Positions 1 to 11,824 are shown, counted from the first letter of the stretch. The stretch: 64,000 bases of DNA from Eledone cirrhosa (GCA_964016885.1 OZ024741.1:88226001-88290000); one strand, 5' to 3'. The notes: generated by a model from the letters alone, not told the origin. Numbers and translations are program-made.

Positions 1-228
1 ATCTCTTTCACCTCTCCCTTCTCTCTCTCTCTCTTTTCAATGGAGCAGATGATAGATAAGACTTAATGCCATACTCATTACTTATTTATTTCTGTGTTCT
101 TGTACGTAAATATTTAGTTCATGAATGTTTGAAGTAAATAAACTCAAACTTTCAAACAAGAACTATTGAGTTTTTAGGACATTTGACTTTTAAATCTAAA
201 AATAGCTAACATTTTTGAGGAAAACTGT

Positions 229-248
229 TACACACACGCACGCGCACG

Positions 249-335
<87 letters not shown>
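229..335. repeat. (CA)n microsatellite
   Basis: Long CA run; similar runs at 4123-4214 and 32906-33030. Confidence 0.95.
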
Positions 336-336
<1 letters not shown>

Positions 337-389
337 GAGGGGGGGGGGGGGTAACCACAATAAGTGAAGTACTCAATACATTAGTAAAG

Positions 390-489
390 TATATACAGAA
401 TTTAATATAGAAATGGCTTCAATAGGACTAATGATTTCTTAAAAATGAAACCGTTCTAGTCCTGTAGAAGCCATTTCTATATTAAATTT

Positions 490-497
<8 letters not shown>
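390..497 (+). ncRNA. Degenerate type I hammerhead motif inside a long hairpin
   Basis: Perfect 22-bp arms 399-420/467-488 enclose GGACTA-ATGA...GAAACCGTTC-TAGTCC. Confidence 0.5.
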
Positions 498-520
<23 letters not shown>

Positions 521-984
521 CTTTTTCAATTCTATTGATGAAAAAATACTCTAAAAAGAATAAACAACTTTGAAAATGTCTATTTTATTGGAGTCTTCTT
601 CCCTGTATTTATTCCCCTATAAAATTGTTGTTTCATTAGAAACAGTTTCATGTTATATAAACAATCTTGTTGTATCACCTATTACTGGTTTGCATTCCAA
701 ACATTTGATTTAAAACTAGAGGAAAAAAGTATTTAATAATAATTCTGAAAAATTATATTTATTTACTTATTTTAATTTTATGTTTTCTTTGTAACAGCTG
801 TGCCTGGAGAATTAAATACTAGTTCACATTCATTAAGTAATTTTTATTTTCCAGTATGATATCAAATTGAGTGTTTCCTGTTGCTGCTAATGAAAACAAA
901 CCATCTGGGATAAGTGGGAACTCCACAATGTGCTCTCCCACACACCTTTCTGTTAAGAAAATATAATCTGGAACTGTTCTTTAA

Positions 985-1285
985 CCCTTTTGATACGAAA
1001 GCAGCTCTGGTTTTACAATACTAAGCTGTTTATTTTAAAATGAAAACATCATCAACATCATTGTTATTTTTTTTTTTTAAATGGATATAAAAATGACGAC
1101 GATGATGAGGATGATGTTCACATTGATCTAAAATCCTACTATAATTTTATGTAAGAACATTTAAACTATGTTCCAAACACCAACTTAATAATGAGACAGT
1201 TATATTTCCCTCAAATACTTGATTATTTTCAGAATGATTTGAAAATCAGGCATTGTATTTCAATAGAAATATTGTAACGAAAGGG
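985..1285. mobile_element. piggyBac-like MITE
   Basis: TTAA|CCCTTTTGATAC ... GTAACGAAAGGG|TTAA: TIRs plus TTAA TSD. Confidence 0.7.
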
Positions 1286-2027
1286 TTAATGTTTAATTAA
1301 CCATTTCCCTGTTTCATATGTGCATATCTCCACCTTCTTTTCTGCCACAGTCTATGGTTGTTATATATTCAGCTACAGTGATCTTCTAGAGAAGCTAATC
1401 CAGCCAAATAAATTGTTACAGCTTATTACATATGCTTGAATATGCACACACACAGACATGTATTTTTCCTATTTTATACTTGTTTTGGCATTATATGTAT
1501 TAAATATACAAGTTGTGTGTGTGTAAATTTAAGATAAATTTAATGTAGGTGGAACTACAGTTTATAAACCTCACTTTGAAAAACATTCTTATTCTCTTTG
1601 TACACAAAAAAACCCCCCAGATATTTCCTTTGCATGTTTCACCGTTAGTTGACCACCTATCAGAAAATTTCCTTTATTCTTCTGTCTACAAGAGAGTTAT
1701 AGTCAAACACTATATTAAACATAAGCTAGGAATTAACTAAACTAGCTTATCTAATTTGCATAATGTGCAATAATTGACTGTGTAATTAATTAAACTGTAT
1801 GTATATCTGTATTAAGTTTATCCTAGTTTTCTTTTCTAATATAAGTTGTACCGTACTTAAATATTTATTATATATAAATATATTTGTGAGTGTGTCTTTT
1901 TGTCTAAAATCCTTTAATGTATCTGGTCTACTTAATCTTGTAGATGTGATATATAATACTGACACTGTGTAAAAGTGTGTTTCCATTTGGATTGATCTAT
2001 ATTGATATTTCTTACTATTTCTTTTAG

Positions 2028-2111
2028 TTGCTCCAGATGCAATTCACCATCATGTGAAAACGTACAGAGAAGACTTGAAAAATATGCACTGCATAGCACC
2101 AGAATATGAAG
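2028..2111 (+). CDS. NRBP1: NRBP/Madm pseudokinase, internal exon (phase 1-1)
   Basis: cttttag acceptor, gtaaaa donor; reads (V)APDAIHHHVKTYREDLKNMHCIAPEYE, matching NRBP1 VAPDTINNHVKTCREEQKNLHFFAPEYG. Confidence 0.93.
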
Positions 2112-3592
2112 GTAAAATTTAAGTCAGCAGCTAGAAATGATTCTAAACTATTTTTTTAATCTTTCATCTAATGGAATTTGATGATATTTCTTTTACTGCT
2201 AGAGGGGTTGAATTAATTCAAAAATTAAAGAACTTGTATCAAGAGCACAACAACCTTTCTAGTGGTGATTACATGGTAAAACACACCGTGTACATTTTAT
2301 AAAGTGGCTGGTGATAGAAAACTTGCTCAGGGTTGAGAGGACTCTTCAGGAATTTAGCATAGGAATGTAACTAGTATTTATGTTAGTAACAATGGTTAGC
2401 AAAGAAGTGGGTAAAGAATCTCCAGTGGTTCAAACGCTGGGCAGAAACAACTTATGTTGCAAATTTTTGTTACATTTAGTTATGGGTGGGACACTTTCAG
2501 AGGCAATTAAGCTATCTAAAACCATTTTATAACCTTCTGATTAACCCTTTCCATACCAATTCACTTCAGACCCATTTCAGGTTCCTTAGTACAGAAATCT
2601 CTCATTTTAGAATGTTCATATTTAAATCAAAGCGCTTCATCATAATTTCATGAAATAATTACTAATTAGGTAACCTAGGTAACAAAAGCTGTCAACTATT
2701 TCTTGGGAGCTGTGCTAGCATTTAACAGAACCTGATTCATATGTGCCCTGTCTGCTAACTGCTCCTTTGCATCTGTTGTATAGGATTTCCACATTTTTTG
2801 TTAGTCTACATATGACCCCACTATATCTCATGTGTCTCTGTGTGTCCATAATTTTCACTGAATATACAGTATGGAATTGTTACCTACCTCTTTTCTGTAT
2901 ATTAAGCATAGCCAATTCCCTGATGATATCAGGGAGTGTGGTGCTTTGCAGTTGTCTCACTAGAAAAACAGTGTCAGTAGTACTCATCCTAGCATGAAAC
3001 CAAACTACATGTCCTCTAGGCTAATTTTGTCCTTAATCAATTGTGCTATAACTATTGACCTGGTCAATAAATGTGATGCCTCTATAGTTTCTGCTTTCTA
3101 TCATATTTTCTTTACCCTTATAACAGTTGATGTCGCTGCTGCTAAGTTAGTCATTGGATATGATGCTATCCTCTACTATTTGATTGACTATGCATGAGCT
3201 ACTATGCCAGATATTTTCAGCATCTCAATGACTATACCTGAACATGTAGCTAACTTCATACCTTCCTATTGTTAATCACTATATCCATTGTATTACTGTC
3301 AACTCAGATGACTGATCCCTCTGTTGGGTCTCCTTGAGGTACCCACTCTTTCTCCTATGTAATTTCTTCAATTACATCTCATAACAGTGCTTCCATGCAT
3401 CTTTCTTTTCAGCATCAATGATGGCAAGTATGCCACTATCATTCTGAATGCTCTTCTCAACAAGATTTTGATTTTCTCTTACACACTATCTTGTAATCTC
3501 TCGCTTTATGTCTTAAATTGGCACTTGTAAATGTGTCATATATTTTATATTTTAACATCTTAATTTTAAATTATATATTCTTTTTCTTCCAG

Positions 3593-3651
3593 GGCCTGGT
3601 CAAGTAACAACCGCTGTTGATATTTATTCTTTTGGAATGTGTGCTCTCGAA
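3593..3651 (+). CDS. NRBP1: NRBP exon (phase 1-0)
   Basis: ttccag/gtgagt; (G)PGQVTTAVDIYSFGMCALE, kinase subdomain IX. Confidence 0.95.
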
Positions 3652-4120
3652 GTGAGTGGATGTTATTTTCTTCAGTTATTTCCTGTGCAACCCACACTCA
3701 TAATAATTGTTTCTATTTGATGGCACAAGGCCAGAAATTACCCCAGTATATTACCGGTGCTTTATATTATCGACCCCGTAAGGATGAAAGGCAAAGTTAA
3801 CCCACACATAATAATGACATGGTTTGTACACTTTACAGTAGGTCGCAAAACTCGGAATACTGGTAGAATCTTCAACACTGAATATAAAATTTATTAAGTA
3901 AAATCCTGGTAGATTTCATATCAAATATGAAAATAGTTGTCATTTATATATATATATCAATTGACATATACATTTAAAATAACATATCAATGCTCAGATT
4001 TATTCCTTGGAATCTTTCTTTGAGCTTCTCCTACATGTGATATGGTGCATTTTTGAAATTTTCTCAAACATGACGTCTATACTTTTGAATGTAATATATA
4101 TATATATATAAATATATGCA

Positions 4121-4217
<97 letters not shown>

Positions 4218-4524
4218 TAATATAAGACTCAAAAATATGTGTACGCACACAAATACACAACCACACCCATGACACACCTGTACCCTCTGCCTTGGACTCC
4301 ACTCTCGAATGCCGGACTACTCGCCTACCACCCCCAACCTTCTTAATAAATTTTTCCAAACTCTGATGTACCTACCTATTTTCTCTCTCTCCGAACTCTC
4401 CATTTCCTAACAAAGTGCTTCCATCTGAAGTGCCAAACTACTTCTTCTTAAGCGTGATCTTAAGACTTTGCTTTTGCATCCATGTTTGTTATTTCTTATA
4501 TATATATATATAGGAACAAGTAAG

Positions 4525-4618
4525 ACCCCGATGGCTGAGCTCAAGCCGTTTCGACGGCTAATTCTGGACTGAATGAAAATTTATTCTGGTATTTAAATAG
4601 CCGAGCTTATCAAGGGGT
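4525..4618 (-). ncRNA. Degenerate type I hammerhead motif
   Basis: Minus strand ACCCC-TTGATAA-GCTCGGCTA...TAGCCGTC-GAAAC-GGCTTGAGCTCAGCC-ATC-GGGGT; stems I-III pair, core has two changes from CTGATGA. Confidence 0.55.
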
Positions 4619-5016
4619 AATTCCATATATGGTCAAAGAGATAATCACCAGGATTGGTCACATCACAAGTTAGTAGTAAATCTGTGATGGCAAATTGGTG
4701 GGGGAAGGGGTAGCTGAACCTGCCGGTAGGAGAAAAAGGGAGAGGGGGTGGAGTAGACCCATTCATGCGTTGGTAGTGCCGGCTACAGCTGGGTGTGAGG
4801 TCAAAGAGGATACTGGGGAGGAAGTCGAAACGGTAAGTAGAACAATGAAGGGTAAAACTATAAAAAGTACTGAGAGAAAAAAAAAAAAAATAAGCAAAGT
4901 CTGGTTACTAAGACTTAAGTCTCTCGCTATTGCTAGGCTAAAGAAATACATAAATAAATAAATAAACAAATAAGTGAATAAAAGAATAGATAAATAAATT
5001 AAAAAAACACCCCTAA

Positions 5017-5604
5017 ATTTTCTTTAGGCTCATTGAAAAACACTTCCCACCACAACACCGCTACCACAAGATAATTAACAAAAATACCATCAAACTCTCT
5101 TACAGCACTACACCTAACTTCGCACAAAACATCGTCTCCTCCAACAACAAAAAACCCAACCCCGATGGAAGAAACAACCTAAATAGCAGTGGAGAGCCAA
5201 CCAGGAGGTGCAACTGTCCTGATAGATCCAGTTGCCCCCTCGACAACAGATGCAGAGACCGTAATGTGATCTACCAGTGCAATGTGAGCACGGACACCTC
5301 CAACAAAGCTTATATAGGATTAACCGCATGTGACTTCAAGACCCGGCTATACCAACATAGACATACCTTCCGAAACCCGGCCCGGCGTCACGCCACTACA
5401 CTTTCGGGCCACATATGGGACCTCAAGGACAACAACATCAACTATGATCTCACTTGGAAATTACTGTCCAGAGCCAACTCTTACACGGGAGGACACCGTC
5501 CGTGCAATTTATGCTCGGAGGAAACTTTACAAATGCTGTTTTCGACGGACCAACTCCTAAACAAGAAAGATGAACTGGTTACTGCATGTAAACACCGATT
5601 TTGA
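5017..5604 (+). mobile_element. Penelope-like element 3' ORF remnant: Cys linker + GIY-YIG endonuclease
   Basis: Open frame FFRLIEKHFPPQHRYHKIINKNTIKLSYS...CNCPDRSSCPLDNRC...VIYQCNV...AYIGLT...FKTRLYQH...CNLCSEE...LNKKDELVTACKH. Confidence 0.85.
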
Positions 5605-6106
5605 ACAGCAAAATTGAACGTTCACTTTACTGTAACCATCGTTTAAAAACGACTTTTTCTTTTTTTAAATGCATATAATGTTATCTTTTTACACCACCAT
5701 TTGCAAATTTTTATTATTTTTATTTCATATTTTTATATGTTTATACACACGATATCGCTTTTTATAATAATAGCACTAAACACTGTTTTTTAGACCCCTT
5801 TAGAAATATCCTGCTACTATAATAGCCCCAATAACTTGTCTATAATTCTGTACTACATTGACCCCTCTAACTAAATTTTGTCCAAACAACACCACTAGAA
5901 GAATTTACTTCCCCCGCCAACCCTAACACGTCTCATTTAGCTAACTGCTGCCAAAACATTTTCTTCTATACAATCTCTACTACTCTGACAGTCTTGAATC
6001 CTAAGACTACCGCCCCGTTACTTGCTTCCCTCTTCCTCTTCCCTTCCTACCTCCTACTTTCTCACATATCTAGTGTATAAAATATTCTCCTATCATTCTA
6101 CCATAA

Positions 6107-6223
6107 AGGTCTGACGACATGGTGTGTTCTCTTACAGTGTACCTACGATTTATGATAATATTTTTATATTATACAAATAGCGAGGTATAGGTAACCCACA
6201 CACTATAGAAACAATTGTTACCT
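6107..6223 (+). ncRNA. Type I hammerhead ribozyme at the PLE 3' end, extended stem II
   Basis: AGGT-CTGACGA-C-ATGGTGTGT...ACACACTAT-A-GAAA-CAATTG-TT-ACCT; palindromic CAATTG stem III as in PLE minimal hammerheads. Confidence 0.7.
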
Positions 6224-6269
6224 AGTAAATTCTTTATACCCGCATTTCCGTTTCATAAACTTCTTCTTC

Positions 6270-6304
<35 letters not shown>

Positions 6305-6864
6305 AAACCTCCTAGGCTTCCCCTTGAACCAGGACTTGACATCCATGTCTAATGTCTCAATGTAAGTTATGGCATTGCCCCTAAGGTCTTGCAGGAAGTA
6401 GTGAGAAGGCCTGATATGGCCCTTATTACTCACAGTGGCCTCCAAAACCATGTCAGTTGGGAATTTGTTGTACGTAAGAGTAAGGATCTCTGGGGTTGAA
6501 ACAGAGCTATTTATCATTCTGCTTGTCCGCCTTTTATTCTAGGTCAATAAATGGTATAAAGATGTTTATTGTCTGTTTTAATTTTCTCATAGGTAGGTGT
6601 AGAATATAGGCAAGCAAAATAATTGCTGTCCCTCATTTGACACATAGCAACAAAATTTGAACTTATGACCATGTGATCAGTAATTTATTATGTTAACATA
6701 ATGTTTACTGTGCCACCATGAATGTTTCAGTAAATAAACTTGCTCCCATATCCATTATTTATATATATATATATGATTTTTTATATGTGACTTGAGTAAT
6801 ATGTATTATTTGTGTCTTTATACTTAAATAATTAATAATCCCTCCACTCTTATTATTTGAACAG

Positions 6865-6960
6865 ATGGCAGCTCTAGAAATCCAAGGAAATGGTGAAGCC
6901 AATGTGACACCAGAAGCAATAAAATGTACATTAGAATCTTTAGAAGACTCATTGCAAAGG
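6865..6960 (+). CDS. NRBP1: NRBP exon (phase 0-0)
   Basis: acag/gtaagg; MAALEIQGNGEANVTPEAIKCTLESLEDSLQR. Confidence 0.95.
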
Positions 6961-7589
6961 GTAAGGGGCAGTGCACTGATACAACAATGTTGGTGTTGTT
7001 GCTGTTATTGTTTAATCCTTTTGTGACCATATTTCTAATGATATACATTCTATTTCAGTTAATGAAGAATTTTGATGGATTTGCTAAAATTATTAATTAT
7101 TTCATTAGTAAGATAGTAACCTAACATATAGTTCTTACATACAATTATGTTGGAAGATTTAAATGTAAATAACCCTTTAGATTAGGTAGTTTTGTTTCAT
7201 AAGACTGAGTTGGTAAAAAAAGGGTTAACGTTGCTACACATATCTAGGATGAGATTATTACAAATGCATCCACATGTATATATATGTATCTGGGCTAACA
7301 TTGTTACAGATGCACATGCACACACATGTACATATGTATCTGGATTGGCATTATTACAGATACTCATATACATATGTATCTGAGATATATAGATGCACAC
7401 ATACATGCATATGCAAACAATTTTCAAATTTATAATTCTTGGTTGAACTTGATTAATTTCCAATCTGGTTCCTAACTGTGTCTTGTAAAATCAGAGTTTT
7501 TCAACCTTTGCCATGTATCTAATCTTTAAAACATTTTTTTTTTTTTTGTCAAGTTTTTTTTTTAATCAAGTTTAGCATAACTCTTATTA

Positions 7590-7770
7590 ATTGTTTCTAC
7601 TTTTGGCACAAGGCCACCAATTATCCTAGTGTATTACTGGTACTTTATTTTATCGACCCCGTAAGGATGAAAGGCAAAGTTAAGCGCGATTTGAACTCAG
7701 ACCATAAAAGGCCGTAACTCTTTGCTGCAAGCATGGCGTCCGACCCTCGACCGATACTGCCAATCCACCG
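7590..7770 (-). mobile_element. tRNA-derived SINE (GCCTTTCATCCTTACGGGGTCGATAAAAT core)
   Basis: B-box-like GAGTTCAAATC plus shared core; related copies near 3705-3802, 8010-8220, 37980-38165, 38320-38465 (-) and 11350-11555, 35840-35925 (+). Confidence 0.75.
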
Positions 7771-8359
7771 CATAACTCTTATTAATGTTTTAAGGCTAGC
7801 TGTGGGTTTGTATTGTAAATGTGACATACATTCTTGTACCAACCTTAGGTACTGTTTTCTATACCATACCAAAAATGAAACAAAGTATGACCTTCTGACC
7901 TATGTTGGATGGCTGTAAATCCAAATTAAAACTAACTGGGACTAAGGCGATGTGGAAAGCTGATGTAAAATGATGACAATGAAGAGAAAACACTGTGCTA
8001 CAATATTTATTTCTAATTTAGGCACAAGACAGCAAATTTGGGGGAAGAAAAAAGTTGATTAAATCAACCCTAGTACTTGACTGGTGCTTATTTTATCAAC
8101 TCCAGGAGGATGAAAGGCAAAGTTGACCTTGGTGAAGTTTGAATTCAGAATGTAAAGAGTCGAAACAAATACCACAATGGCATTTTATCCAACGCTCTAC
8201 CAATTCTGTCTATCCACACTGCTACAATATTAAAAACAAAACCCCCAAAATTATAGTTAATGGAGGTGTGTCAGTGTCCATAACTTTTGCAAGCCCTACC
8301 AGGCTGGTAAGACAGATGCAATTGTTGTTCATTTTGGATTTCTGTAGGTTGGTATCATT

Positions 8360-8540
8360 GGATTGGCAGTATCGGTAGAGGGTCGGACACAATGCTTTCC
8401 AGCATAGTTAAGTCCCTTTACGATCTGAGTTCAAATCCCGCCGAGGTTGACTTTACCTTTCATCCTTACGAGGTCGATAAAATAAAGTACCAGTAATGCA
8501 CTGGGTATTTGCTGGCCTTGTGCCTAAATTAGAAACAATT
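8360..8540 (+). mobile_element. tRNA-derived SINE, same family, + strand
   Basis: TGGCAGTATCGGTAGAG...GAGTTCAAATCCC...CCTTTCATCCTTACGAGGTCGATAAAATAAAGTACCAG...GCCTTGTGCC. Confidence 0.8.
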
Positions 8541-8930
8541 ATCATTTAACATCTGTTTTCCCCGCTAACAACCCACTTGGATGGTAGACTTAATCCATTG
8601 CTCTATTTTAACACCACCAGCTGGCCCCTGATTGCCTTTAGTTGTGTCACTCAGTTGCAATCATTCAGGTCAGGTTTCCAGTTTGAGGACATGTTCCTCT
8701 TTCCCTACCTAAATAAATAGTAAAAAAAAAAAAGTAGGTCTTTTAACTTTTCTATTATATTTATAAAATATTTTGTTTTCTGTATTTTATTCCACTGTTT
8801 ACCTCTTAATTCTACTCTGTTTTCTGTCCTCCTGCTGTCTCGTTTTACATGTTTGTTGATATCATAAATCTGTAAATATATTAGTTAAACAATTAATTTA
8901 TCATTTGGACTAACTTATGAAGCATTCGGA

Positions 8931-9293
8931 AATTTGAAATTATATTCACCACAATGTAGATAACTGTAATAAAACTTGATAACTATAAATAATTGTTGAC
9001 GATATCAGATAAAGTAATCCTGGAGATGGCAAAAAGTGGACAAAGGTGGATGTGAGGAATTGAATCATGCATCTCTCATATGCCAGATGAGCACATTCAA
9101 CTATTATGCTTGGCATACAAGAGGTGCTTAGTTCAACTTCTTGCAGGTGTCTTTGTCCACTTTTTCTGTCTCCAGGAGTACTTAAGATTTATTCAACTAT
9201 TCACTATCATCGTCATTTTCCCTACTAGCAACAGTTGATCGTTATCAACTATTGTTATAGTTATCTGCATTGTGGAAACTCTATTCTCAAATT
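8931..9293. mobile_element. Foldback/MITE with nested inverted repeats and a tRNA-like centre
   Basis: Outer IR CCACAATGTAGATAAC../..GTTATCTGCATTGTGG; inner IR TCCTGGAGA..AAAAAGTGGACAAAG/CTTTGTCCACTTTTT..TCTCCAGGA. Confidence 0.75.
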
Positions 9294-9322
9294 AATTTAT
9301 TATTTTGATTTTCTTATTTCAG

Positions 9323-9455
9323 GATTTCATTAGACGTTGTATCGAACGGGATCCTCAGAAAAGGCCAGGGTCTCGTGAACTGCTTTTTCATGCTGTACTG
9401 TTTGAAGTACACTCCTTAAAACTGCTAGCAGGAAACTGCTTTGTAAAAAATTCCT
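9323..9455 (+). CDS. NRBP1: NRBP exon (phase 0-1)
   Basis: tttcag/gtaagg; DFIRRCIERDPQKRPGSRELLFHAVLFEVHSLKLLAGNCFVKNS. Confidence 0.95.
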
Positions 9456-9937
9456 GTAAGGAAATTTTTCTTTTTCTTTTTTCTACGCTTTTTCTACTTT
9501 TACAACAACAGCAGCAACAATAAAAAAGATTAATTGGAAAATGGTTGGTGGTGGGATGGGCATCCAGCCATAGAGAACTTGCCAAATAAAGGGTTGAGAA
9601 GACTCTTCTGTTGTACCAAAGATGTGACAATCTCCCTAGTGTTGGTGTTTCAATAAAATGTACCCAGTGCACTCTGTATAACACAGGAACATATGAAAGA
9701 TAAATGTGGTCACTAGCCCATCTTAGAGATCAGTAACTCTGATTAAGTACTGACTTGGTCTGTGACAACCTAACCAACCTTTGGTAGCAGGAAAAATGGG
9801 CCTTAAATGATGATGAGGATAATGATGGCAATGTACATCTGATAGACTTATATATAAGGAGGTTAACAGGACAGAGATGAGTTTATATCTTCTAAATTGT
9901 CAGACTTTAGCATAGTGAAAGTCACTCTTGTTCCCCT

Positions 9938-10075
9938 CTCCCTACTTTATATAACCATGAGAGTCTCTCTCTTATTCTTATCTCCCTACTTTATATAACC
10001 ATGAGAGTCTCTCTCTTATTTTTATCTCCATACTTTATATACCATGAGAGTCTCTCTCTTATTCCTATCTCCCTA
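9938..10075. repeat. ~42-bp tandem repeat, about 3 copies
   Basis: CTCCCTACTTTATATAACCATGAGAGTCTCTCTCTTATT repeated. Confidence 0.85.
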
Positions 10076-10601
10076 TTACGTCTGTCTATACACCACTTGG
10101 CATGATTATTTCTGTCTATTAACTACTGGACATCACTGTATCAACAACCTCATAGTTACCATTTGTACACTGATCTTCTATTATCAAACATCCATCTATA
10201 TCTCCCAACTCAATTCTACTCTTCTGAAGGCTGTTGTGGTTGCTGTTTATATATTAGTAGCTTTTCTTTCATTTAAAATAGTTTTGATATTAGTGATATG
10301 ATTATATGTACCATTGGTAGCAGTATCTCCTTATTTGCACCATAAATACTTTAGAACAGTCATGGGCAAACTGCAACCTGTTTCGCTTTCTGAATGGCAA
10401 TTTCAACGAGTTGCCTATGCCTCTCTTAAGATGATAACTTCATGACAAATGGATAAACAAAGTAGAAACTGAAGTAAAGTTTGAATGAGCTGACAGAGAA
10501 TCTACTGGTAGCATGGATGGAACTTCTAAAACTGTTATACCAAACATTTTGAACATTTCACCTTTTTTTTTTATCATTTTATTTTTATTTCTATTTTCCA
10601 G

Positions 10602-10707
10602 ATATTCTCCCAGGCAATATGGCAGAAGAAGCATATTTACCAAAAACTGATCCCTCCAAGGTGATTGGAGAGATTAACTTCAAAGAACATGGTTTTATGC
10701 AGTGGAA
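10602..10707 (+). CDS. NRBP1: NRBP exon (phase 1-2)
   Basis: ttccag/gtaagt; (Y)ILPGNMAEEAYLPKTDPSKVIGEINFKEHGFMQW(K); phases fit both neighbouring exons. Confidence 0.88.
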
Positions 10708-10945
10708 GTAAGTATGATAGAAAAGAGAAATCAATGTTTGTGAGACTCTCTCAAATGGCAGAGAAAATTTTTAAATATTAATGATAAAATAATAATAGAA
10801 ACAAGAGGAGTATTATTTATACTTTGTTAGTTGTGTTAAAAGTTTGTATTTCCTCAGATTAACATCTGCATAAAAAAAGTGAGTAGAGGGAGGAGAGACA
10901 TGTTGCTATTTAGCGACTACATCTCTACTTATATATAGATACTCA

Positions 10946-11139
10946 TGAGGGTCGGCTGAAAAGTTCATAGGTTATGTATGAACGATTGATGCTAGATTTG
11001 TGAAATCTTGCATGCATTAATTTCAGCTCTTCTTATTAATAACTGCAGTGTTTCTTTCCTGGGACTATATTGAAAAATAAAGCTAATTTGGTCATTCCAT
11101 GAGTGTATCTTGGTCAGCCTATAAACTTTTCAGCCAACC

Positions 11140-11143
<4 letters not shown>
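10946..11143. mobile_element. Tc1/mariner-like MITE
   Basis: TIRs TGAGGGTCGGCTGAAAAGTTCATAGG / CCTATAAACTTTTCAGCCAACCCTCA, next to a TA run. Confidence 0.75.
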
Positions 11144-11180
<37 letters not shown>

Positions 11181-11773
11181 GGGCAGTACCAACTTCACTA
11201 TCTTTAATTAATTGATTTATCAAATAGAATCAGTTACACTTATCTCCCTTAATATTGGTTGTATGTTTTGCGCATGTGCGGGCACACACATACATGTAAA
11301 AATGAACAGGTGTGTTTCAACTATTATTATTATTATTATTAGAGTCGGGGATTGGTAGAATTGTTAGAGCATTGAGCAAAATCTTTTGTAATATCCAGTT
11401 ACTGGTCTTTTTCGTCTGAGTTCAAATCCAACCAAAGTCAAAGTTTGCCCTTCATCTTGCTAGGGTTGATAAAATAAGTACCAGTCCACTACTAGGGTTG
11501 ATTTAATCACCCACCCACCCTCAAATTGCTGGTCGTGTGCATAAATTAGTCATAATTATTATTATGAAGGCTGGACAAGCTCTACATCTGATCTCTCACA
11601 CTGAGAATGCCATCTATATATTTAATAAGCTTATATTTAGTATCACTATTTATGTTGATTAAAAGGTAAATTGTTTCAGTTAATGAGGGATTTTTCATAT
11701 AAGTATTTTTCATTATAATCGTTATTGTCATTCTGTTGAATGTTTTTGTATCTTTTTTATTTTACCATTTCAG

Positions 11774-11824
11774 ATTTAGTCAAGTCGGCTCAATTGAATT
11801 AGAAAAGTTTTTAGAAGATGTCCG
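11774..11824 (+). CDS. NRBP1: NRBP exon (phase 2-2)
   Basis: tttcag/gtaagt; FSQVGSIELEKFLEDV(R), NRBP-typical ELDKFLEDVRNG motif. Confidence 0.93.
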
